64,000 nucleotides of DNA from the NCBI RefSeq assembly GCF_009914755.1, contig NC_060929.1; one strand, 5' to 3'. Under the pieces are notes generated by a model. It searched no databases. It saw only the letters and a program-made list of their open reading frames with translations, and was not told where the DNA came from. Shown in pieces: positions 1-17,882 of the stretch. How positions within the stretch are numbered: the stretch's first letter is position 1; each line of letters starts with the position of its first letter. Position numbers and translations under genes: made by a program. This DNA comes from the human T2T-CHM13v2.0 reference genome, Homo sapiens.

Positions 1-811
1 AAGGCAAGGGCTTCCCCCTTTGCTCAGCACACTCTGGTCCCTGATAAAGGTTAAAGAAAAGCAGGAAAAAATTAGGCTGAGATCCCTTTGTATTGCAAGG
101 GACATGGAACCCCTTCTCCATACCCCACCAGTGAGTGGACCCAAGCAGTTTTTCCTCAAGCCGAAAATGGAGCTGTCGCTTCCACTTGACTTGCATTTAT
201 GCCTAAGTGGCTGGGACTTGAAGAATGTCCCAGTTTCTGTCACCATGGCCTCTGCTAACGGGCACCACTTTGTTTTTTATTATTTAAAATGTGGACAAAT
301 GCAAGGACAGGGAGCATGAAAAATAGAAAAATAAAAATAAAATGTGGATGAGGCCAGATGCAATTAAAATGGCCTGGCATCTTGGTGCCAGCCTGGTAGA
401 GCTGCACAGGGTGCTGGCTTTCAGGCACTGTCTGTCCAAACCTGCTGTGTAGGGTTGTGTGGCTTACACACTGCATCAGCACAGGGGATGTGTACGGCTG
501 AGACCCTGGCCATGCACGACTTGCAAAGCTTGGATCCTGACCAGACTATGTCAGCCACAAGGAAAGGGCTGTGTTTCTACTTTCACAGTCTGTAGGGGGC
601 ATGGCAGCAAGGCCCATGTGCCCCTCTCCTGGGCATGTTCTTCCCAGATGGCTGGTGCCTTCTCATTCTCTGGCCTCTGCTTAAACGGGAACTTCTTCAA
701 TCTACCTTCCCTGCCACAAAATCTAACACAGATTCTTTTCTCCTCTCTTTCCTTATTCTGAGCTCAGCCCTCTGTTTCCTTCATAGCTTGTAGCAATTTA
801 TAAGTATTTCA

Positions 812-1091
812 AGCCGGGCGCGGTGGCTCATGCCTGTAATCCCACCACTTTGGGAGGCTGAGGCGGGTGGATCACCTGAGGTCAGGAGTTCGAGACCAGC
901 CTGACCAACATGGAGAAACCCCATCTCTACTAAAAATACAAAATTAGCCGGGCGTAGTGGCACATGCCTGTAATCCCAGCTACTCGGGAGGCTGAGGCAG
1001 GAGAACCTGGAGGTGGAGGTTGCAGTGAGCTGAGATCACACCATCGCACTCCAGCCTGGGCAACAAGAGCGAAACTCCATCTCAAAAAAAA
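812..1091 (+). mobile_element. Alu (AluSp-like), short internal deletion
   Basis: Dimeric Alu with CTGACCAACATGGAGAAACC and CAACAAGAGCGAAACT diagnostics, A-tail; flanks AAGTATTTCA/AAGCATTTCA (TSD-like). Confidence 0.95.
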
Positions 1092-1258
1092 GCATTTCAT
1101 CATTGGTTTGCTCTGGCTTCCTTGCTAGAGTGAGGACGTGAGGGCAGGGACCAGCTCTGCTTTGTCCATGCTTGTGTTCTTTCCATAGTGCCTGCCATAT
1201 CTTAGGTATTACTAATACTTAATAAATAATAAATGGTGAGTAAACAAATAACTGAATA

Positions 1259-1619
<361 letters not shown>

Positions 1620-1647
1620 TTATCACCCCTCTATGCAGGTTGCACAC

Positions 1648-2093
1648 TGTGTTAGTCCGTGTTTGTGTTGCCATGAAGAAATACCTGAGGCTGGGTAATT
1701 TATAAAGAAAAGAGGTTTAACTGGCTCATGGTTCTTCTGCAGGCTGCACAAAAAAGCATGGTGCGGGCATCTGCTCGGCTTCTGGTGAGGCCTGTGAGTG
1801 TCTCCTAACGAGGAAGCTTCCAATCATGGCAGAAGGCCAACAAGGAGCAGGTACATCATGTGGCAAGAGCAGGAGCAAGGGAGAGAAGGAGGAGGACCCA
1901 GATTCCTTCAAACAACCAGCTCTAGCATGAACTAACAGAGCATGAACTCACTCATTACCTTGCGGAGGGCACCAAGCCATTCACGAGGGATCTGCCCCCA
2001 TGACTAAAACACCTCCCACCAGGCCCCACCTCCAACACTGGGGCTCATATTCCAACATGAGATTTGGAGGAGACACATATCCAAACCATATCA
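1648..2093 (-). mobile_element. MaLR solo LTR (MSTB-like)
   Basis: TGTGTTAGTCC...AAACCATATCA termini, MST core; 5-bp TSD CACAC. Confidence 0.92.
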
Positions 2094-2196
2094 CACACCT
2101 GGGGGACAGCTATAGGAATCGTGCCTCTTGGGTTGTCAATCTGCCAGAAACAATGGACTCACAGCCTTGGCGTGGGCTGGGGACTGTTTAGTCTGC

Positions 2197-2745
2197 CTGT
2201 GGAGTAAATAATTTAACCTTGCCCAGGGAGAGGCCTGGACTTTGCCCTCAGCTTCCAGAAGGTAATCTCTAAGCCCTTGCAATGTCATGCCAGATAGGAG
2301 GATATTTAGGGCAGAGGCTGGCCACACCAGATAAACGAACAATGTGATTTAGGGTGGGGTTGGCCACATTGGATAAACTAATATGTGATTCAGGGTGAGG
2401 ACTTTGAGTCAAGCATGCTCAGCTGGATCTCTGGAGAATGGAGACGATGTCAGCCCTGTGGGCATTTGACCAGGGAGCCCCAGTAAAAACTCTAGGTCCC
2501 AAGTCTAGGGTGAATTTTCCTGGTTGGCAAGACTCCATGTTTACCCCTACGCATCATCACCGGGAGGACTGCACACTCTCCATATGCCTCCATCAGGAAA
2601 GGACAATGGAAGCTCTGTGTTTGGAACCCTCCTTGACTCTGCCCCATGCATCTCGCATCTCCCCGCTTGGCTGATTTTAATCTGTATCCTTCCCCTGTAA
2701 TAAAATGTGACTGTTAGGATAAGATCGCACTGAGTCCCTCCAGTT
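2197..2745 (+). mobile_element. LTR, MER21-like
   Basis: GGTAATCTCTAAGCCCTTG, internal repeats of GGCCACA..GATAAAC..ATGTGATT.AGGGT, GGACAATGGAAGCTCTGTGTTTGGAACC, AATAAA near end. Confidence 0.7.
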
Positions 2746-2756
2746 ACTTATAAAAT

Positions 2757-2922
2757 GTGTGAAGGTGTTGGAATGAAAATGGAGTCATTCGTGTTAACAA
2801 AAAACAAGCAAACAAAAAAAAACCCTACAAGTAGACACAGGGAAGGCCGTGAAGGGAAGGTTCTCCTGCATGTACACCTAATTACAAGAATGATCACAAA
2901 AGACTGCAAAAACCACAACTTT
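2757..2922 (+). mobile_element. ERV1 (MER4-group) LTR 5' fragment, cut by Alu
   Basis: TGTGAAGGTG..AAAATGGAGTCA..GGGAAGGCC..AAAGACTGCAAAAACCACAAC resembles an ERV1 LTR start. Confidence 0.6.
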
Positions 2923-3231
2923 GGCCAGCCACAGTAGCTCCCACCTATAAACCCAGCACTTTGGGAGTCTAAGGGAGGCGGATTGCTTGAGCCCAGGAGT
3001 TCAGGACCAGCCTGTGAAACATAGTGAGACTCTGTCTCTATGAAAAATTAAAAAATATTAGCCAGATATGGTGGTGAACACCTGTAGTCCCAGCTACTGA
3101 GGAGGCTGAAGTAGGTGGATTACTTAAGCCCAGGAGATTAAGGCTGCGGTGAGCCATGATCGTACCACTGTGATGCAGCCTGGGTGACAGAGCAAGACTC
3201 TGGCTCAAACAAACAAACAAACAAACAAAAA
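2923..3231 (+). mobile_element. AluJ with (AAAC)n tail
   Basis: GATTGCTTGAGCCCAGGAG J-type left arm; diverged. Confidence 0.93.
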
Positions 3232-4193
3232 ATAGAGTATTTATTTCCCCACCTCCTATCCTTCCAGGCAGCAACATAACAGAAGCCACATTTCTCTACC
3301 TAAGGCTACAACAACTCTAAGGTTGCACTATCCCACAGCTGCCCCAACCCCCATCACATACGCACATGCACCTGAATGAGGACTGACTTCTCCTGGCTGA
3401 CTGAGGCCTGGTATCAGACCAAGCACCTGGCCTGTCTGAGACCACACTGCCTATGTGCTCTTATTTCTCTAGCCTCCTCCTGAATCTGGAGAGGACTTGC
3501 TTCCTCACTGGCCCCACACCAACACCTCCTCCTCTGTCCTGGTTGCCAGGAACGACTTTCTCTCTGACATGGGCAATGACAGGTAGATACACAATTAATA
3601 GCCAGGTTGGCTAATGAGCTCGCAAGCGTCCCTGCCTTTGTCCTCACCCCATCCTTTCATACCTGCCCCCTGTGACCTACTCTCTAGCCTTTCCTGCTTG
3701 AAGAGAGACTGTGTGGGGAGGGGTATGCTGACCATCAGGATTTTCTCTGGGAATATCATGGCTTTCCTAAAACTCATTCAGTCCCACCTTTTTCTAATGC
3801 CACTGTTTCGCCAAGCCACAGATAAAGCCTTTCCTGCCAGAGCCAGCATAGTCAGAGGCAGCAACAGCCTCAGATGCCTCTCAAAGTCCAAAAGTTTCAG
3901 GTTCAAATCTAAACCTAGCAGCCTGCCACCCAACCTGTTACAAAACAGGTTCTTCCACGACTCCCCCGCTCACCCCTCCCCAGCTCCTGTTTACCCCTGA
4001 GGAAATATTTGCTTCCCCTTAACTGTGCTAAAGGCTCCTCCCCATCACCACAGCCAAGGACCCCACCCCTTGTATCGCTAAACCCCAAACATAAACTTCC
4101 CAATTCCGCACACTTAAATCTGAAGAGGGAGAGAATCCAGCTTTGCTTCCTCCCTACTTGGTGTGGCTTCAGTGTCATCCTGCCCAGTCATAA

Positions 4194-5193
<1,000 letters not shown>

Positions 5194-5319
5194 AAGCCTT
5201 CTGGGGAAATAAAGCTACCAAGGTCTTAAGAGACACAGGATGTCTTAAAGGAAAAACCAGCCCAAGAAATTTCCAGCTTAGAGTGTAGAAATGGGAAGGC
5301 AATGATACCTTACCACAAA

Positions 5320-5470
5320 ATGTGGTGCACATGAGAATCACCTGCATGGCTGCTGGGATGTGCAGGTGGGGGGGCCTAGCCCCTAGCCCCTGGAGGTTCT
5401 CCATTAATACTTCTGGTGTGGGGCTGGCACCTGTATTTTTCACAAGCACCCAAGTAATACTGGAGCAGTA
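5320..5470. mobile_element. MER5A-like hAT fossil
   Basis: GCACATGAGAATCACCTG..CTGTATTTTTCACAAGCACCCAAGTAAT. Confidence 0.55.
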
Positions 5471-5471
5471 G

Positions 5472-5793
<322 letters not shown>

Positions 5794-5908
5794 GAAAGGC
5801 TGTGATCTTACATAATATCGTGAAAAGAAGTTCAGGATGTGGCTGCTCTAAACACCAGCTCCCTGGGTTGTTGAAAAAATCAATTCAGAAAATTATTATT
5901 TACATCCA

Positions 5909-6200
5909 TGTCTTCATTCATTTTGTCCTGCTATAATAATACCACAGACTGGGTAATTTATAATAAACAGAAATTTATTGGCACACAGTTCTAGAGGTTG
6001 ATATTAAGATGCTGCCATCTGGCGAGGGCCTTCTTGTGTATCATCCCATAGTGGAAGAGTATCACTTGGCAGAAGGGCAAAGAGAGGGAGAGAGAAAGAG
6101 GAGGCCAACCCATTTCCCAAAATAACAAGATAATGGCATTAATCCAATCATGAGGGCTCTGCCCTAATGACCTAATCGTCTCTTAAGAGTCCTACCTCCC
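5909..6200 (-). mobile_element. MaLR LTR fragment (MSTC/MSTD-like)
   Basis: ACCACAGACTGGGTAATTTATAATAAACAGAAATTTATT..GGCATTAATCCAATCATGAGGG. Confidence 0.8.
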
Positions 6201-7147
6201 CGCAATGGAAAATTCCATCCCCTAACACATGCTCAGTAAGTGGAACAAAGCAATATGGAGAAACTCAAGGGCCCACATGAGCACTACGAGGATGGGGGTG
6301 GAGGTACCAGAAATTTGTGCCTTATGCAAATGAGACATCCAGACTTCATCAGTTTCTTATAAAAGTCTTTGCATTCAACTGTAAAAATGACAAGCCCTTC
6401 ACACCAGTTAGAATGATTATTAAAAAGTCAAGAAACAACAGATGCTGGTGAGGCTGTGGAGAAATAGGAACGCATTTACACTGTTGGTGGGAGTGTAAAT
6501 TAGTTCAACCATTGTGGAAGACAGTGTGGCAATTCCTCAAGGATCTAGAACCAGAAATACCATTTGACCCTGCAATCTCGTTACTTGGTGTATACCCAAA
6601 GGATTATAAATCATTCTACTATAAAGACACAGGCACGCATATGTTTACTGCAGCACTATTTACAATAGCAAAGACTTGGAACCAACCCAAATGCCCATCA
6701 GTGATATACTGTATAAAGAAAACGTGGCACATATACACCATGGAGTAACTATGCAGCCATAAAAAAGAATGAGTTCATGTCCTTTGCAGGGACATGGATG
6801 AAGGTGGAAGCCATCATTCTCAGCAAACTAACACAGGAACAGAAAACCAAACACCGAATGTTCTCACTCATAAGTGGGAGTTGAACAATAGGAACACATG
6901 GACACAGGGAGGGGAACATCACACACTGGGGTCTGTCGGGGGGCAAGGGGAGGGAGAGCATTAGGACAAATACCTAATGCATACCGGGCTTAAAACCTGG
7001 ATGACATGTTGATAGGTGCAGCAAACCACCATGGCACACGTATACCTATGTAACAAACCTACATGTTCTGCACATGTATCCCAGAACTTAAAGTAAAAAA
7101 AAAAAAAAAAAAAGACAACCCTCTTCTGGGCCCCCTCTCCATGGCAG
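6201..7147 (+). mobile_element. ERV1 LTR fragment (MER41/MER66-like) split by L1PA
   Basis: TTATGCAAATGAG..TATAAAAG..CTGTAAAAATGACAA before L1; resumes GACAACCCTCTTCTGGGCCCCCTCTCC after the L1 tail. Confidence 0.55.
6401..7113 (+). mobile_element. L1PA (PA7/8-like) 3' end with decayed ORF2 C-terminus
   Basis: Translation WKTVWQFLKDLEPEIPFDPAI...HIYTME is L1 ORF2 C-terminus; L1 3'UTR and polyA. Confidence 0.96.
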
Positions 7148-7206
7148 ATAAATAAATATGTAATTATGGATTTTGATAAGTGCTTTGGAAGAAACGTTCT
7201 TCGGAA

Positions 7207-7465
7207 CATTCATTCATTCAACAAATATTTATTGAGCTCCTACCATGGGCCAGGCCCTCTTCTAGGTGTTGGAGACTCAGGAATGCACAAAATAAATGTG
7301 GTTCCTCCCCTCTTGGCACTTACTGTCTAGGGGGCAAGACTGACAGCAAAAAGAGTATGATGGCAAGTGTTGATAAGGCAGAGTGGGCATAAGGGATGAG
7401 GGCTACTCAAGACTGTCACGGAAGGCCTCTCCAAAGAGGTGACTTATAAGCAGAAATTAATGAAG
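7207..7465 (-). mobile_element. L2 3' end
   Basis: CATTCATTCATTCAACAAATATTTATTGAG..CCAGGC..CTAGG. Confidence 0.75.
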
Positions 7466-7467
7466 TG

Positions 7468-7777
7468 GGCTGGGCACAGTGGCTCATGCCTGTAATCCCA
7501 GCACTTTGGGAGGGCAAGGTAGGCAGATCACCTGAGGTCAGGAGTTTGAGACCAGCCTGGCCAACATGGCGAAACCCCATCTCCACTAAAAATACAAAAA
7601 AAAAAAAAAAATTAGCCAGGCATGGTGATGCACACCTGTAATCCCAGCTACTCAGCAGACTGAGGCAGGAGAATGGCTTGAACCAGGAGGCAGAGGTTGC
7701 AGTGAGCTGAGATCATGCCACTGCACTCCAGCCTAGGCAACAGAGGAAGACTCCATCTCCAGAGGAAAAAAAAAAAG
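7468..7777 (+). mobile_element. AluSx-like
   Basis: Full Alu; TSD AATGAAGTG. Confidence 0.95.
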
Positions 7778-7863
7778 AATGAAGTGAGCAAGTATTTCAT
7801 GGAGAGCCCTGACCTGACTTGAAGAAGGTGGGCATGGTGGATTGCCTGCAAAACTGGTGGCCA

Positions 7864-8650
<787 letters not shown>

Positions 8651-8676
8651 TGTCCCAGGCGTGGGATGAGGGAGGC

Positions 8677-9083
8677 TGTGTTAGTCCATTTTGGTGTTGC
8701 CATAAAGAAATACCTGAGGGTGGGCAATTTATAAAGAAAAGATCTTTAATTGGCTCACAGTCTGCAGGCAGTACAGGAAGCATGATGCCAGCATCTGCTT
8801 CTGGCATGGCCCTCAGGAAGCTTCCACTCATGGCAGAAGGTGAAGGGGGACCAGGCACGTCACATGGCGAAAGAGGGAGCATGGGGTTGGGAGGAGGTTG
8901 TGGTCTCTTTTAAGCAATCAGATCTCATGATAACTCTTTACCATAGGGAGGGCACCAAGCCATTCATCATTCATAAGAGGTTCACCCCCATGAGTCAAAC
9001 ACCTCCCACCAGGCCCCACCTCCAACACTGGGACTCGCACGTCAACATAAGATTCGGAAGGGACAAATATCTAGACCATATCA
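8677..9083 (-). mobile_element. MaLR solo LTR (MSTB-like)
   Basis: TGTGTTAGTCC...GACCATATCA termini; 5-bp TSD GAGGC. Confidence 0.92.
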
Positions 9084-9164
9084 GAGGCTCAAATTGAGGT
9101 GAGGGCAGCAGTAGGGGTGGGGGAAATGGATGAATTGGACTTATTTAGGAAGTAGAGCCAGTAG

Positions 9165-9474
<310 letters not shown>

Positions 9475-9842
9475 ATGGAGGTGATGTTTCTAGCTGTGGA
9501 ACTCAGGGTCTGGCCCAGCCTCTACTGGGTTGGAGGAGGGGCAGGTTTAGGGAAAGATGTGAGTTTGGATTGCCATGGGCAGTGCCAACCTTCTGCCTTT
9601 TCCACCGAGCCTGGCCTGGGGGAGGGAGTTGCCTGGAATCACCACCAGTCTGGCCACGGGGAGTCATTGCCGGGCAAGCAGCTAGACATGATTCCAACCC
9701 TCACACTCCCTGCCCTCATGCAAATCCGAACATCCAAGCCCTGAATTAGAGAGATTCTAAGGGAGAGGGATCTCTGCATCTGCAGGAAAAGGGAGAGGGA
9801 AATAAACAAAGTTGGCCCAACTTTTTTTAAACATCACTAAAT

Positions 9843-10223
<381 letters not shown>

Positions 10224-10459
10224 CTAGCTGGCCTTATTTGCGGCTTCCCTGGCCCAGTCTTAGAGCCAGGGCTTTACCAGCCAAGCCAGCTGCATTCCAC
10301 CTGGCAGGCAAGTTGCCTCCCTGTGGACTGGAGCTTAATGAGCCATGGGTGCACTCCCACCTACTCACCAACAAGTGGCAGCACTCTCCAAGCCCGTCAC
10401 CCCAAGCCTGCATGGATCTGCACAAAGGTAAATTCTCAAGACAGATTTTCCCCTGTGTG

Positions 10460-10540
10460 AAACTGGCATCAGATTCCCTCATTTACAGATGTGGAAACTG
10501 AGGCTGCTGAAGAAATGCTTCTAAGCCTGAGCTGCAAAGA
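10460..10540 (-). mobile_element. MIR fragment
   Basis: CCCTCATTTACAGATGTGGAAACTGAGGCT (MIR core). Confidence 0.6.
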
Positions 10541-10599
10541 TTTCATTCCCACTAGAGCGTTAGGCTGGTTTTCTGACCCAGTTCCAAGGGCAACCTGGC

Positions 10600-10798
10600 C
10601 CTGGACTCCCAGGGGCATTTGACAATATCTGGAGATGTTTTTAACTTCACAGCTTTGGGGAAGAGGTGTTGCTACTGGCACCTGCCAGGTGGTGGCCAGG
10701 GGTGATGCTAAGCATCTTACACAGGACAGGCCCCAACCCCGCCCTATAAAGAAATGTCTAGCCCAGGATATCAACAGTGATGAGGTTGAGAAACACTG
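10600..10798. mobile_element. MER20 (hAT-Charlie)
   Basis: CCCAGGGGCATTTGACAATATCTGGAGA..GCTACTGGCA..GAGGTTGAGAAACACTG. Confidence 0.8.
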
Positions 10799-11256
10799 AT
10801 TCAATCAGATTCTCAAGAGTCAATGGCCTGCAAAGTGCTGAGACGTCCCTGGATCAGGGGCCCCTGGATAGGATGATCCCAGCCCTCCTCCCTCTCCCGC
10901 CCCATCAGCAGCCATGAGAGGGGCTCCCGTTGCCTCCTTCACCTGCAGGTCTCCCTCAGACCCACTGCTTCATGACCAGTTCCCGAGCAGCAAGGTGTGC
11001 AGGCGCTGTGCCGGGCCCTGGAGAGAACATGGGGGACAAGAGAGCGACAGCCCCTCCCTGCCTTCCTTCCAGCAGCTCAGGCTGCAGGGAGAGACAAAGT
11101 ATTTGCAAATGTGACAAGTGCCAGGGTGGGACAAAAAAGGGACTGAGACACAGAATAATACAGAGGGGACCAACTTAAACAAAGAAGATTGGAAAAGCCT
11201 CTGAAAAGGTGACTGCTGAGCTAAGGTCTGAAGAAGGAGCCACCCACATTAATTGA

Positions 11257-11710
<454 letters not shown>

Positions 11711-11737
11711 TAGCCATCCTTTGAGTGTGTGTATACA

Positions 11738-12048
<311 letters not shown>

Positions 12049-12441
12049 TGAGTGTGTATTTTGTATTGTGAGTTTTTTCTTCCATGTTGCTATGTAGGCT
12101 TGGTGATCATCATTTATAACAGTGTTCAATGTTTCATTGCACTGAGGATTTTCTAAATGGTTCTCTAACTGTTGTTCATTTTTTCTGTGGGAGGGAACAT
12201 CCAGTCATCTAACAATGCTCAGCTCACTAATTCCTCTGGCCTGGCATTGCTCTTCCTCCTCCTTCCCTCCCGTGAATGCCTCCTGAGGTAGGTGGGATGA
12301 CCGTCATTTCACAGTGGGAAGGGACCTTGCGGCCAGCCAAACCACTGGTAGGCAAATGTGACTGTACATCAGGGATCATTGATCCCTCAGCCAAGTACAG
12401 ATTCCTAGGCCCTGTATCATCTGCCCAATCAGATGGGACAG

Positions 12442-13016
12442 TATGGAAGGTTTAAAATATGTCCACATATTCTTTGACAATCCTCCCTTCAGAAGGCAGT
12501 TGCTAATTCCCCTGTCCTTGAATGTGGACCACAGCACTCTCCTGGATCCCTCATCCTAGGAAAAGATGGCGGCCATGTCATAAGGACACTCAAGCAGCCC
12601 TGGAAGAGGCCCATGTTGGGTGGAACTGAGCCCTCCTAGCAGCAGTAGGGTGACCAATCGTTCTGGTTTGTCTAGGACAGTTCCAGTTTTCACACTGAAA
12701 GTCCCACATCCTAGGGAACCTCTTAGTCCTAGGCAAACAGAAGTGGGTGCCCATCTAACATCTAGCACCAACTGGCCAGCCATGTGAGTGAGCCACCTTG
12801 GAGGAGGCTCCTTCTGCCCCAGCGAAGCCTTCAGATGGCTGCCCCTGACCAACCTCTTGATTGCAGCTTCATGAGAGACTCTGTGCCTAACAGCACAGCT
12901 GAGTCACCCAAGAACTCCTGACCTACAGAAAATATGTGGGGTAATAAAGGTTGATCATTGTTTTAAGCCACTGCATTTTGGGGTAATTTATTATGCCACA
13001 ATATATAAGTAATACA
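12442..13016 (+). mobile_element. MLT1F-like MaLR LTR
   Basis: GCCATGTGAGTGAGCCACCTTGG..GCCTTCAGATGGCTGC..TTTTAAGCCACT..AATACA end. Confidence 0.8.
12646..12757. mobile_element. MER81 (hAT-Blackjack) inside MLT1F
   Basis: TAGGGTGACCAA TIR..CACTGAAAGTCCCACATCC..GGCAAAC; about 112 bp. Confidence 0.75.
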
Positions 13017-13290
13017 CTCAGGAATCTGTATTTTGTCACACTGTTGGGTAATTGGGCTTATGAATCAGCATTTGTGAACCACAGATCTGGTCTTATTCCC
13101 TAAAGCAGCACTTTCCAATAGAACTTTCTGCAATGATAGAACAGCCGTGCATCTGTGCTGTGCAATTTGATGGTCACTAGGCAAACGTGGCTATTGAGCA
13201 TTCAAAATGTGGCTGATATGACTGAGGAACTAACTTTTTAATTTGATTTAATTTTAATAAATTAAACTTGACATTTAAATAGCACATGTG

Positions 13291-13976
<686 letters not shown>

Positions 13977-14200
13977 TGTTAATATGAAATAAGCATTACA
14001 TAGCACATATGGCTAGTGCCCATCATGTTGGACAGGGAGGCCCCAGTAATGCATAGAGCCTTCTGCAAAATCTCCTAGTCATTCAGAACTTCCAGTGGCA
14101 GAGAGCTCACCTCCTCACAAGGTTCTGTTTGAAAGCTCTAATAATAAGAAAGCTCAGACCAGCAGGTTTCAGTAAGGGTAGAAAAGTTTTCCCCTCAGCA

Positions 14201-14526
14201 TTCTTTCTTTCTTTCTTTTTTTTTTTTTGAGATGGAGTCTCACTCTGTCGCCCAAGCTGGAAGCTGGAGTCCAGTGGTGACAGCGATCTCAGCTCACCGC
14301 AACCTCCATCTCCCAGGTTCAAGTGATTCTCCTGCCTCAGCCTCCTGAGAATCTGGGATTACAGGCCTCTGCCACCACATCTGGCTAATTTTGTATTTTT
14401 AGTAGGGGTTTTTTAGGGGTTTTACCATGATGGTCAGGCTGGTCTTGAACTCCTGACCTCAAGTGATCTGCCCACCTTGGCCTCCCAAAGTGCTGGGATT
14501 ACAGCCGTGAGCCACTGCTCCCAGCC
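14201..14526 (-). mobile_element. AluS
   Basis: Antisense Alu; 7-bp internal duplication AAGCTGG. Confidence 0.94.
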
Positions 14527-15158
14527 TCTCTGCAGCTTTCTGTTTGTGCTAGAATCATGAATTATGCCTAGATTTGCTGGAACAAGGCCCCTTCCCTAGG
14601 GATCCCAAGGGACCCAACAACAGTAATGTTACAGCTACCACTTCCATTACCATCACTTGCCACTCATGAGACAGACTACAGGGACCTCACACTTTTGCCC
14701 TCAGGTGGTCCTGGATGACCACCTGGTGTGGGGATCATTAACCTTGGAAGAAGCCATTTGCAGTCCATTCCAGCTGATCAAGAAAGAACTAAATCCAACA
14801 TAGGATTTTAGACAGTAAGGAACATTGAAGACCTCCTGGTTTTATCCCTACCTTTCATATATGGGAAAATGAAGACTTAGAGTAAGTCTACAGGGATTAA
14901 ATTTACTTAGTTAAAAAAAAAATGTGTTACCTGTGGTAGACTAAATACTGACCCCCAAAGATATACAGGTCCTAATCCTCAGAATCTGTGAATGCTGCCT
15001 TGTATGGCTTAAGGGACTTTGCTGACACAAAATAAGAATTTTGAAATAGGGAAATTATCCCAGGAGGCCCTAAATGCAATCACAAGTCTGTTTATAAGAG
15101 GGAGACAGGAGATTCTATACAGAATGCAATGTGACCAGGAAAGTAAGATGCTACTCTG

Positions 15159-15823
<665 letters not shown>

Positions 15824-16019
15824 CTAGAAACTGGAAAAGGCAAGGAAACAGATTCTCTCCTAGAGGCTCAGACAAACCCTGACAAACCTTGGTTCTGGTC
15901 AAGTTAAACCATTTCAGACTTGTGGCCCAAGAACAGCAAGACAATGAATGTGTGTGGTTTTAAGCCAATAAATGTATGGTAATTTGTTACAGCAGCAATA
16001 GGAAACCAATATATTACCT

Positions 16020-16360
16020 AACAAATCCACATCTGCACTTACCTTTGACCCACCAACCCACTCCTAGGATTTCACTCTGAAGATACACCTCCAACATTAC
16101 AAAGCATACATGTGCAAGATTATTCTGTGCAAAATTGTTTATAATTGCTGAATACTGGAAATTATCTAAATGTCCATGCATGGAAGAATGGTTGAATGAG
16201 CCACGGTATGACCCCACAATGGAGTAGTATGCAGCTATAAATAGAAAGAGGAAACGAATACAAATTGATTCCCAAGAGATATTAACTGGAAAGAGAAAAA
16301 TACAAAAGAGTATGTATGGTATGCTCCTTTTCATGTAAGAAAGAAGAGGATATAAAGAAA
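16020..16360 (+). mobile_element. L1ME-type 3' region
   Basis: CCTTTGACCCACCAACCCACTCCTAGGA..TTGTTTATAATTGC..ACAATGGAGTAGTATGCAGCTAT. Confidence 0.7.
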
Positions 16361-16363
16361 TAA

Positions 16364-16725
16364 AGCCAGGAGCAGTGGATCACACCTGTAATCTCAATGC
16401 TTTGGGCAGCCGAGGTAGGAGGATCACTTGAGGCCAGGAGCTCAAGTCCAGCCTGGGCAACAGAGTGAGACTCTTTCTCTACAAAATAAAACAAAATAAT
16501 GCCAGGTGCAGTGGTACATGCCTGTAGTTCCAGCTACTCAGGAGGCTGGGACAGGAAGATTGCTTGAGCCCAGAAAGTCAAGGCTATGATTGTACCTCTG
16601 CACTCCAGCCTGGGGGCAGAGTGAGAGCCCCATCTCAAAAAAGGAGAGGGGAGGGGACGGGAAGGGAGGAGAGGAGAGGAGAGGAGAGGAAACGAGAGAG
16701 AGGAGAGGGAAAAAGAGAAAGAAAA
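16364..16725 (+). mobile_element. AluJ with purine-rich (GAGAG)n tail
   Basis: J-type arms; GA-rich microsatellite 16641-16725. Confidence 0.92.
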
Positions 16726-16754
16726 TATACATGTATATGCTCAAGGAAATCTAG

Positions 16755-17069
<315 letters not shown>

Positions 17070-17324
17070 ACGGAGAAGCTAAATATAAATAAGGTTTCTT
17101 GGCCTAGAGCGGCAGGCAGGTGCTTATAGAATAGCAAGAATGAGGAAATGTGAATGGATAGAAGTCATGCTGGGGGAGCTCCACTTTTGTATTTCCGGGT
17201 CTTAAAACTATGGCAGTATTTCACGTACCAATAATACTAATTAATTAATTAATTAAAATCAATCAGGAAGTGGGTGAGCCCAAAATGGAAAAAAAAAAAA
17301 AAGTAAAAAAAGAGTCGAAATATA

Positions 17325-17710
<386 letters not shown>

Positions 17711-17882
17711 TTATTTGATTATGCATTGGTAAGACTAAAGACAAAAAGATCAAGGCACATGTTCTCAGGATCTCCTGAGGGCTGTGTCACGCGCAAAAAA
17801 AAAAATAAAAAGAACTCTACACATATATGTTAGTATATTTGTTTTTCAGAAGAATATCGGCTAGCAATTTGAAGCTACTTTC

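Noticed and set aside
2310-2400. Short tandem units GGCCACA..GATAAAC..ATGTGATT.AGGGT
   Set aside because: Most likely the intrinsic internal repeat of the MER21-like LTR.
6512-6748. 78-aa ORF resembling a reverse-transcriptase protein C-terminus
   Set aside because: Broken L1 ORF2 remnant in a 5'-truncated element.
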